A DNA stretch of 64,000 bases, taken from assembly GCA_021404905.1 (NCBI GenBank), contig QWHN01000001.1, positions 2,162 through 66,161 of the forward strand, in the 5' to 3' direction. Under the pieces are notes generated by a model. The model did no database searches and was not told where the DNA came from. It saw only the letters and a list, made by a program, of their open reading frames with translations. This document shows positions 14,705 to 22,250 of this stretch, piece by piece. Source of the DNA: Candidatus Saccharibacteria bacterium CPR2. Lineage in GTDB: Bacteria; Patescibacteriota; Saccharimonadia; Saccharimonadales; QWHN01. Position numbers and translations under genes: made by a program. Within the stretch, counting starts at the first letter, position 1. Each line of letters opens with the position of its first letter.

Positions 14705-16219
14705 ATGACACTGGAAAAGCAAAAGATTGGCAATTTTATACGTCGTATACGTAATGAAAGAGGTTTGACACAACAGCAACTTGCCAGCAAATTAAATACC
14801 AGCCAAAGCGCCATAAATCGAATCGAAAAAGGCCGGCAAAATTTAAGTATGGAGATGCTGGCACGGTTAAGCGACGTTTTGGACGCCTCGATAATTACTT
14901 TTTCCGGAGGCAGCACTAATTACAAAATCGAAGGAGGGCACTCTCTTAGCGGCGAGATTGAAACAAAAGTTTCAAAAAACGCATCGGTTGGGCTGCTTTG
15001 CGCATCACTATTAAATCAGGGGACAACCGTCTTAAGAAAAATCCCAAAAATTGAGGAAGTTTTTCGCATAATTGAAGTGCTGGAGAGTATTGGTGTAAAT
15101 GTTAAGTGGCTAAAAAATAATGATCTTGAGCTTAAACCGCCTAAAAAACTTAGGCTGGACAAAATGAATTTGGAAGCCGGTAGAAGAACGCGCTCGGTTA
15201 TTATGCTTATGGGGCCGCTGGTGCACCTATTTAACAATTTTAAAATTCCGTATGCCGGCGGGTGTAGGCTGGGCAAACGTTCAGTTGCTCCCCATCTATA
15301 TGCCTTGGAAGAATTTGGCGTTAACGTAAAAACCACTGGAGGATATTACCATACTAGCGTGAGGAAAAAACAACCAGAACGATTGGTTTTATACGAAAGC
15401 GGCGACACTGTTACAGAAAATGTGTTGATGACAGCCGCAAAAATGACAGGCACCACAGAAATCCGCATGGCATCAGCAAATTATATGGTACAGGAAATGT
15501 GCCTTTTTCTTCGCAAACTTGGAGTAAAGATAGAAGGACTGGGGACAACCACTCTTAAGATAACAGGCGCACCGGTAATTAATAAGCGAGTCGTATACTC
15601 GCCTAGCGAAGACCCTATTGAATCAATGCTTTTTCTTAGCATCGCTGCCATAACTAATTCGCGCCTGACAATCAAGAGATGTCCATTTGAATTCCTAGAG
15701 CTTGAGCTATTAAAGCTAAAACATATGGGTTACAACTTTAAAATAATTAAAAAATACAAAGCTGATAACGGCTACACTGATTTAGTCGACATAAAAACCG
15801 AGCCAAGCGTGCTTGTGGCGTTAACGGAAAAAATAGAAGCTCGCCCATTTCCTGGGCTTAACATAGACAATCTTCCATTTTTTGTACCGATCTCAGCAAT
15901 AGCTAAAGGCAGAACTCTAATTCATGACTGGGTTTATGAAGATAGGGCAATTTATTACACAGAATTAAATAAGCTTGGAGCAAGTATTTCGCTAGTAGAT
16001 CCGCATCGAGTTTATATAGATGGCCCGAGTAAATTTCGCCCAGCTGAAATAGTTGCGCCCCCAGCTCTAAGACCCGCTGTAATAATTTTAATCGCAATGC
16101 TTGGCGCGAATGGGGTGTCAGTACTTAGAAATGTTTATTCTATTTCAAGAGGATATGAGAATTTACCGCAAAGACTAAACTCCATCGGCGCAAAAATTGA
16201 AGTCATGCGCGATATTTAA
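14705..16219 (+). CDS. murA: XRE-family HTH domain fused to UDP-N-acetylglucosamine 1-carboxyvinyltransferase
   Basis: Residues ~1-65 form an HTH_3 domain (IRRIRNERGLTQQQLASKLNTSQSAINRIEKGRQNLSMEML). The remainder is MurA/EPSP-synthase fold (KIEGGHSLSGEIETKVSKNASVGLLCASLL) with the catalytic-loop Cys in PYAGGCRLGKRSV. Confidence 0.85.
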   Translation: MTLEKQKIGNFIRRIRNERGLTQQQLASKLNTSQSAINRIEKGRQNLSMEMLARLSDVLDASIITFSGGSTNYKIEGGHSLSGEIETKVSKNASVGLLCASLLNQGTTVLRKIPKIEEVFRIIEVLESIGVNVKWLKNNDLELKPPKKLRLDKMNLEAGRRTRSVIMLMGPLVHLFNNFKIPYAGGCRLGKRSVAPHLYALEEFGVNVKTTGGYYHTSVRKKQPERLVLYESGDTVTENVLMTAAKMTGTTEIRMASANYMVQEMCLFLRKLGVKIEGLGTTTLKITGAPVINKRVVYSPSEDPIESMLFLSIAAITNSRLTIKRCPFEFLELELLKLKHMGYNFKIIKKYKADNGYTDLVDIKTEPSVLVALTEKIEARPFPGLNIDNLPFFVPISAIAKGRTLIHDWVYEDRAIYYTELNKLGASISLVDPHRVYIDGPSKFRPAEIVAPPALRPAVIILIAMLGANGVSVLRNVYSISRGYENLPQRLNSIGAKIEVMRDI

Positions 16220-16231
16220 TTTAGTAGACTA

Positions 16232-16609
16232 TCAGGACAACCTAAGCCTAACGTTATCAACAAGACTTTCGAGCGGGGTGTCGCTTTTTATCAAATAATC
16301 TATGGCCTCAAGCGAGAGCGCTTTGTTTATTACATCTTGATTGTCGATATTTGTCAGAAATATAACTGGCAGTCCTTTTCCCCATTTTTTCTTACGGATT
16401 TCTTCGAGTACTTCAATGCCGCCCTTTTTGGGCATTCGCTCGTCCAGAAGAATTAAATCAGGAGATAAATCCTCAGCTTGTTTTAACGCTTCCTCGCCAT
16501 TAGCAGCCAGTGCTACAGCGAACCCTGCCTCGCGAAGAGCCAATGCAGCAGCATGGCTAAAACCAGGGTCATCATCAGCTAAAAGAATTGTTAATTGTTG
16601 TTCGTCCAT
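16232..16609 (-). CDS. Stand-alone response-regulator receiver domain (CheY-like)
   Basis: ILLADDDP...DLILLDERMPKKGG...PVIFLT. No output domain. Confidence 0.85.
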   Translation of the reverse strand: MDEQQLTILLADDDPGFSHAAALALREAGFAVALAANGEEALKQAEDLSPDLILLDERMPKKGGIEVLEEIRKKKWGKGLPVIFLTNIDNQDVINKALSLEAIDYLIKSDTPLESLVDNVRLRLS

Positions 16610-16664
16610 ATTCTGCCTGCTAGCATATCACTGGGTTACTTTGCAACGCAACTTAATCCAAACC

Positions 16665-17132
16665 TCACTCAGTATCGATCTTGTCATGATAAATAAAGTG
16701 AAATTCCAACCTGCCGATAATTCTACTTATCACAACTATTAGTAATGCCAGCATAATAGCTAGCTTAATGAGTCCAAGCGCAACCACTATGCCAACGCCG
16801 GCAGAAAATAGAATAGAAGCCGCGGTTGTTAAAAAATATACCCTATGAGTCTCAGAACTTTTCAGTACCGTACCCGCTCCGATAAAGCTAACACCCACAA
16901 TAACAGCCTCTAAAATACGGGTTGGGTCCGCGGATACTATAGAACTAACTTGGCTAAATTGCTCTATCAACACCTTGCTAACGGACACAACCAAAGCGGC
17001 TGAACCGGAAACAAACATATTAGTACGGATCCCAGCAGGTTTGCCAATTGTTCCTCGTTCAAATCCGATCAAACCGCCTAGTGCCATGCTTATCAGTACA
17101 TAAGAAAATATTTCCCACTCGTTGGAACCCAT
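16665..17132 (-). CDS. MgtC/SapB-family membrane protein
   Basis: LGGLIGFERGTIGKPAGIRTNMFV motif and 4-5 TM helices. Confidence 0.8.
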   Translation of the reverse strand: MGSNEWEIFSYVLISMALGGLIGFERGTIGKPAGIRTNMFVSGSAALVVSVSKVLIEQFSQVSSIVSADPTRILEAVIVGVSFIGAGTVLKSSETHRVYFLTTAASILFSAGVGIVVALGLIKLAIMLALLIVVISRIIGRLEFHFIYHDKIDTE

Positions 17133-17187
17133 AAGCAGGAGTATATCAAAATGCTAACGTTAATGTAAGGACTGCTTAGCGAAAGAG

Positions 17188-17430
17188 TTATCTTATCTCT
17201 CTCCAAATACTGTCTCCAGATCTTTCAAATTTTTGCTTTACGGCCGACCATGCCTTAACATGAGCAAACTTGTACCGGCTATAGCCACAGTCGTCAGCTT
17301 CTTTTTTAGAACAATTTTCCCAAGTATCGTTAAAAACGCCCATGTATAACTTTTGAGCTTTCTTTGGTAAATTAGCCTTAATTCCTTCCGGAAGATCTTT
17401 AAATGAGCTATACATAAATCCACTTTTCAC
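17188..17430 (-). CDS. ChaB-like small protein
   Basis: LPEGIKANLPKKAQKLYMGVFNDTWE...AHVKAWSAVKQKF resembles the ChaB domain pattern. Confidence 0.6.
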   Translation of the reverse strand: MKSGFMYSSFKDLPEGIKANLPKKAQKLYMGVFNDTWENCSKKEADDCGYSRYKFAHVKAWSAVKQKFERSGDSIWREIR

Positions 17431-17585
17431 ATATATTAATTAACAACATTAATTTAAGAATAAAAAAACTCTAACATCAATCGAGATCGTTGATCGTATA
17501 TTGTTTAATAACATAAAAACCGAGCAACGATCTCGTAGTCGTCAAGCTTGTCATCAATAGTGATGTTGGTGAGATTTACTTTATA

Positions 17586-17849
17586 TTAAGGAGGCAACAT
17601 CCTATAGTAAGTGCTAAACCAGCGATCACTATTCTTAGCCCACGCCAGCCTAGCACTTTGTTCACCGAACTCGATCCCATTGCATATATGTCGCATGGAT
17701 TGTTGACCGGCGTGGTATGTGCCCCTATTAAATAATTTATTGGCACACCACGACGCGGTACCTCGCAATACCCACACAACTTTTTGCAATGTGTCGCCCG
17801 CTATCCTTTGAACCGCGTACTTTGTTTCGACTAACAACTCTTTTTTCAT
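17586..17849 (-). CDS. Hypothetical small basic Trp/Cys-containing protein
   Basis: 87-aa ORF from the ATG at 17849 (MKKELLVETKYAVQRIAGDTLQKVVWVLRG...). No family recognised. Locally GC-richer than its flanks. Coding status uncertain. Confidence 0.35.
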   Translation of the reverse strand: MKKELLVETKYAVQRIAGDTLQKVVWVLRGTASWCANKLFNRGTYHAGQQSMRHICNGIEFGEQSARLAWAKNSDRWFSTYYRMLPP

Positions 17850-17968
17850 TATTGTTGCCCCCAAATTACGGCAAAGGTAGTGTCTCATAGTTATAATTTT
17901 TTTTCCGTTTCAATAATTACTTAACACCTGTTATAATGTAGGCGTGAAGTTAGTAAGATTCCTTACAA

Positions 17969-18619
17969 ATGAAGAAGGAATATCCAGTTTTTTTTAGAGA
18001 GGGTCAAGTCAGACGATATGGCAAAGGTCAAATCTTACTTTATCAAGGCGAAAAAACAAACGATATATTTTTGATCAAAAAAGGCTACGTAAAAGTATAT
18101 GACATTACCAAAAGTGGTAATGAAAAGCTGTTGATGTTACTCGGAGAATGCGATATCCTCCCTCAAATAATGACCTTTGGCAAAAATGAACCGCTGCTTT
18201 ATTTCTACGAAAGTCATAGTGACGTTGAATTACTGGCATTAAAACAAAGTGCTTTAATAGACGAAATTAACAAAAATCACGAGACGGCTAAAATTTATCT
18301 GAGGTACTACATCAATCAAGCACGAATACTCATGTCACGCATAGAATGCCTGGAAGCTTCGGTTACGAAAGTTAAAATTGGATTAGTTCTTATGTATTTG
18401 GTGAAGGCCCACGGCAAAAAAAAGCTTATGGCAAAAAGTAATATTTCTACAATCTTGCCCCAAATCACCCATCAAACAATAGCCAACATGGCTGGCGTAA
18501 CAAGAGAGACCGCTAGTTTGCAGATGAAAAAACTCGAAAAAGAAAAAATTATCAGAAACAATAAAAACAAAAACTTAGAAGTAAATTGCTCAAAGTTAAA
18601 GAAATTGCTAAACAAGTAA
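17969..18619 (+). CDS. Crp/Fnr-family transcriptional regulator
   Basis: N-terminal cNMP-binding beta-barrel pattern (LYQGEKTNDIFLIKKGYVKVY). C-terminal HTH THQTIANMAGVTRETASLQMKKLEKEKII. Confidence 0.85.
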   Translation: MKKEYPVFFREGQVRRYGKGQILLYQGEKTNDIFLIKKGYVKVYDITKSGNEKLLMLLGECDILPQIMTFGKNEPLLYFYESHSDVELLALKQSALIDEINKNHETAKIYLRYYINQARILMSRIECLEASVTKVKIGLVLMYLVKAHGKKKLMAKSNISTILPQITHQTIANMAGVTRETASLQMKKLEKEKIIRNNKNKNLEVNCSKLKKLLNK

Positions 18620-18629
18620 ACTCGAATTT

Positions 18630-18707
18630 TGGGGCGAACGATGGGGATCGAACCCACGACCTCCGGGACCACAACCCGGCGCTCTAACCGACTGAGCTAC
18701 GTTCGCC
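18630..18707 (-). tRNA. tRNA-His (anticodon GTG) with encoded G-1 and CCA
   Basis: Reverse complement GGCGAACGTAGCTCAGTCGGTTAGAGCGCCGGGTTGTGGTCCCGGAGGTCGTGGGTTCGATCCCCATCGTTCGCCCCA. The extra 5' G pairs with C73. Confidence 0.9.
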
Positions 18708-18771
18708 ACAAATGTTTAACAGAGAAACAGTAGCACATTTTTATCCATCGAGCCAGAGAGTAGGTGTATGT

Positions 18772-19869
18772 TTATAACGCTGCAAATTGCTTGAAATATT
18801 TATAAGCGCCGATCGACCAAAGCTGAGGATTGTTTCCTACAGGCATGTGGTCATCCGCTCCGACAAGTTCAGCAAAACTATTTTTAAGAAATCCTGCGAC
18901 CTGTAAAGCTCTTTCCTCAACACGTTCAAGCCCATAATTTAACGCTCCCATGTGAATAAACGCTTGTTCAAAAACCCACACATAATCAGTATGATAACGA
19001 TCAACAGTGTGTCCATTAGGCAACCCAGCTCTGTATCCAAATGCGGTTTCAAGATTTTGGCTATATAGCCCAATGGCCTCTGCTTTCTCTTCGGGCATAA
19101 TTTCAGGGGGAATATAAGCCAGGCAATGAAGCGAGTCAGAGCTGGGAGGATCACAAACGTAACCTTCCCCATCAATAGAGCTCACGAAATGATCATCTTT
19201 CCAAAACGCATCAATCCCGCGTTGAAACATTTTATTACCTTGCGATATAACCCCACTATCGCCTATTGCTTCACCGACTCCCAACAGCGCGGCAGCATTT
19301 TGAAAGTGCGGCAAGGCATATGCCACGGGATATGTCGCTTCCGGCTTAAATCCATTTTGCGCCGAATCTTTCCAGTAAGTCACTTTCAACGCAAAATTTT
19401 TACCGCCGCACCACCTGGGAGTTTCAAAAAATATACCATCGATTACGTGTTTATTGATGTACTCACAGGCTCTGTCTATATTAGTAATGTACGCGGCTAG
19501 TAGCTCGGGTTTGGTTTCGCTTAGTTTTGATAACCCCAACAGAAATAATGCAGTAGTGTCACAGGCATTATACGTAGTAAGTTTCCCATTTATCCTCACA
19601 CCTGGTAATTCGTGATGAATTTTCCCTCGTTCTTCTCCCGTAAAAGAGTCTACTTTACTGCCTTGATGATAAGCGCTAAATTTTATTTGATTCTCTAAAG
19701 CTGTTAAATCTTGGGCAAGCAACGCATAAATAATGCTATCTCGAGAAAAATTTGACTCGTAGTCAGGTTTTCCAGCACAGTACAATCCATCGCCAATCTC
19801 CAGTTCTCTGAGCGAATCTTCAACTAACGACACTTCGACTTCTGGATTCATTCTATAACCATCATACAC
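18772..19869 (-). CDS. Amylo-alpha-1,6-glucosidase/glycogen-debranching-like (alpha/alpha)6-barrel glycosidase
   Basis: Resembles the GDE_C family: FSRDSIIYALL, GKIHHELPG, NACDTTALFLLGL. Confidence 0.7.
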   Translation of the reverse strand: MYDGYRMNPEVEVSLVEDSLRELEIGDGLYCAGKPDYESNFSRDSIIYALLAQDLTALENQIKFSAYHQGSKVDSFTGEERGKIHHELPGVRINGKLTTYNACDTTALFLLGLSKLSETKPELLAAYITNIDRACEYINKHVIDGIFFETPRWCGGKNFALKVTYWKDSAQNGFKPEATYPVAYALPHFQNAAALLGVGEAIGDSGVISQGNKMFQRGIDAFWKDDHFVSSIDGEGYVCDPPSSDSLHCLAYIPPEIMPEEKAEAIGLYSQNLETAFGYRAGLPNGHTVDRYHTDYVWVFEQAFIHMGALNYGLERVEERALQVAGFLKNSFAELVGADDHMPVGNNPQLWSIGAYKYFKQFAAL

Positions 19870-19897
19870 CAGTATTTACTGTCATGGTTGAGTAAAA

Positions 19898-19973
19898 TGG
19901 CACCCCGGGAGGGACTCGAACCCCCAACCTTGACGTTAGAACCGTCTTGCTCTATCCATTGAGCTACCGGGGC
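19898..19973 (-). tRNA. tRNA-Arg (anticodon TCT), CCA encoded
   Basis: Reverse complement GCCCCGGTAGCTCAATGGATAGAGCAAGACGGTTCTAACGTCAAGGTTGGGGGTTCGAGTCCCTCCCGGGGTGCCA. Anticodon loop GTTCTAA. Confidence 0.85.
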
Positions 19974-20092
19974 ATGACAAATACACTATATCATCTGTTA
20001 CTATAAATCAATAAACGGTCGATTGGATGCTTTTTGGCTGAACATTAGCAAATGTGCTACACTTTCGAGTATAAAACATAAGAATTTTGCTT

Positions 20093-21562
20093 ATGGAAAA
20101 AGAAGAAAATAGCAACAACGGCGGTTCTAAAATTACAGTAAAAAGCTCCAGTGATGAGAAAACTGCGTCCAGTGACAATAATAAACCAACGCCCGTAGAT
20201 GACGAGTTGCTTGGTACTATAAATCTGAAAGATTTACCCCAAGACGAAAAAACTGATAGCGAAAATACTCCTGAAAACGAACCGATAAAAATCACTAATA
20301 GTAATAGTAAGCCTCCAAAATCCAAATCCGGCAAGGGTAAAAAATTTTTAATTTTGTTTTTAATTTTGTTGCTACTGGGGGGCGGGGCAGCTGCGGCGTG
20401 GTGGTTCTATTTTAAGAAACAAAATACAGGCCAAAACGCTCAAACATCAACAGACACTACAAGCCAGCAACAACAGGCTGAAAATGCCTACAAAATGCAA
20501 AAAGCGGTTCAAATTATCTACGCTCATGGCGGTGAAATTGACGCGCCTGGCTTAATTTATTCACGACCTGCAACTGGAGGCGAGCGCAAAGAAATCGCTT
20601 CTGTTGAGAAGCTCGGTGGTGTTGCCGCGCAATATCGAACGGGGTCTTCTTATGTTTATTTAGACGGCAAGAATAGTGAGCCAACCCAAATATGGCTTTC
20701 TAAAGGAGAAGAGGTCCCCAAAAAAGTGCATGAACTTTCAGGGTCTTCATCAATAATTTTGAGTGTGGTTTTAAGTAAAAACGAAAAAACCATTTACTAT
20801 TCAAAAATTCCAAACCCCTATTCAACTGGTGTAGGAGGAGTTGGAACAAGTAAACTCTACAAGCTCGGCGTTGATGGCGGCAAGGAAGAAGAACTTGGCA
20901 CAGTTGAATCTAGCGCAGCATTTCTTTATGCGGTGTCAAAAGACGAATCAAAATTGCTGGTGGCTAAAGGCTGTTATGCATGTGATGGCGCTCCAGGTGC
21001 TCCCGAAATTTTTACAATCGCGGATAAAAAGCTTAGCAAAACATTTGAAATGGAAGCCAATAGTTTTGGGGCATTTTCAATTAAGCCGGATTTTTCTAAA
21101 ATCGTTTATGTTGAAAATACCGTAGACAAAAGCAAAACCGAAGACGGTTTGCTGGGATATTACGCTGGTCCGCCCCACAAAATTCATCTGCTGGATTTAG
21201 GCAACAAGGAAGATAAAGTCATCGCAACTGTTGGTGAAAAGTTAGGCAGTAGTTTGGATAGCACCTTTACGCCACAAGTGGGCTGGGGGCAAACCGAATC
21301 AAGTTTTGAACCATATTTCACTAGTGAGAAAAAGGTCTCACTTTATGACACCAGCTCACAAAAAGAATCTGTCTTATTCGAGTCAACTACAAAAGCCGTT
21401 GAGAAAGTTTATTGGGTAAGCACAAAAGAAGTGATTGTTGGCATAAAGGCTGATGAAGTTGGCGGAATGACGATAGATCACTATGACGTCAGTGCCAAAA
21501 AAGCCGATAACATAATGGAAACAACAGACTTGACCAAAATCCTTGGGTTGATAGTTGAATAG
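20093..21562 (+). CDS. Membrane-anchored extracytoplasmic protein, function unknown
   Basis: Disordered S/N/K/E-rich N-terminus, one TM (FLILFLILLLLGGGAAAAWWFYF), then a ~370-aa beta-rich ectodomain. No family recognised. Confidence 0.6.
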   Translation: MEKEENSNNGGSKITVKSSSDEKTASSDNNKPTPVDDELLGTINLKDLPQDEKTDSENTPENEPIKITNSNSKPPKSKSGKGKKFLILFLILLLLGGGAAAAWWFYFKKQNTGQNAQTSTDTTSQQQQAENAYKMQKAVQIIYAHGGEIDAPGLIYSRPATGGERKEIASVEKLGGVAAQYRTGSSYVYLDGKNSEPTQIWLSKGEEVPKKVHELSGSSSIILSVVLSKNEKTIYYSKIPNPYSTGVGGVGTSKLYKLGVDGGKEEELGTVESSAAFLYAVSKDESKLLVAKGCYACDGAPGAPEIFTIADKKLSKTFEMEANSFGAFSIKPDFSKIVYVENTVDKSKTEDGLLGYYAGPPHKIHLLDLGNKEDKVIATVGEKLGSSLDSTFTPQVGWGQTESSFEPYFTSEKKVSLYDTSSQKESVLFESTTKAVEKVYWVSTKEVIVGIKADEVGGMTIDHYDVSAKKADNIMETTDLTKILGLIVE

Positions 21563-21575
21563 CTAATATTTCTAA

Positions 21576-21686
21576 CAAAGTTACAAACCAAGCGTTAGCT
21601 GTTTGTAACTTTGAAAGGAGGAATAACGAGAAGCTGGAGCAATAAAAAACATTTTTTATTGCAAAAGCTGATAGTGAATTCCGACG
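21576..21686 (-). repeat. Modular ~110-nt tRNA-trailer element, copy 2 (directly abuts the CCA end of tRNA-Gly)
   Basis: In minus-strand sense: CGTCGGAATTCACTATCAGC, then a 30-nt perfect hairpin GCAATAAAAAA/TTTTTTATTGC. CAGCTTCTCGTTATTCCTCCT follows, then the 13-bp hairpin CAAAGTTACAAAC/GTTTGTAACTTTG. Confidence 0.8.
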
Positions 21687-21761
21687 TGGTGCGAGTGGCG
21701 GGAATCGAACCCGCATCTCTTGCTTGGAAGGCAAGTATAATAGCCTTTATACAACACTCGC
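21687..21761 (-). tRNA. tRNA-Gly (anticodon TCC), CCA encoded
   Basis: Reverse complement GCGAGTGTTGTATAAAGGCTATTATACTTGCCTTCCAAGCAAGAGATGCGGGTTCGATTCCCGCCACTCGCACCA. Confidence 0.9.
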
Positions 21762-21800
21762 TTTTAGCTATGCGGTATTATATCAAAGGGGTAATTAATT

Positions 21801-22250
21801 ATGAAACTAGCAAGCCCAATATTTAACCATAACGAGACAATACCGGCTAAATATACGTGTAAGGGAGAGGACATAAATCCGGAACTTCATATAGAAGATA
21901 TACCGGAAAATACGCAGAGCCTTGTTTTAATCGTTGACGATCCGGATGCTCCAGCCGGCACTGCTAATCCAGGGTGGGTGCATTGGGTCGTATTTAATAT
22001 TTTGCCAGATACGAAAATAATTCAAGAAAATTCATTACCGCCGTCCTCGACTCAAGGGCAAAATGATTTTGGTAGAACTGCGTGGGGCGGGCCCTGTCCT
22101 CCATCAGGAACGCATCGATACTTATTTAAAATTTACGCACTTGATTCAAAGCTAAATTTAAATAAAAATGCTACAAAATCCGACGTTGAAATGGCAATGC
22201 AGAATCACATTATAGATTCAACTCATTTAGTGGGGTTGTTTTCTCGTTGA
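21801..22250 (+). CDS. YbhB/YbcL (PEBP/Raf-kinase-inhibitor-like) family protein
   Basis: DDPDAPAG...WVHWVVFNI...GPCPPSGTHRYLFKIYALD. Confidence 0.85.
   Translation: MKLASPIFNHNETIPAKYTCKGEDINPELHIEDIPENTQSLVLIVDDPDAPAGTANPGWVHWVVFNILPDTKIIQENSLPPSSTQGQNDFGRTAWGGPCPPSGTHRYLFKIYALDSKLNLNKNATKSDVEMAMQNHIIDSTHLVGLFSR

Noticed and set aside
19898-19973. Possible amber-suppressor tRNA (CTA read in the anticodon region)
   Set aside because: Proper folding places the 7-nt loop as GTTCTAA, with U33 and A37. The anticodon is therefore TCT (Arg), not CTA.
21489-21826. ORFs 21489..21734 (-) and 21611..21826 (+)
   Set aside because: They overlap tRNA-Gly and its hairpin-rich trailer, and show no coding signal.
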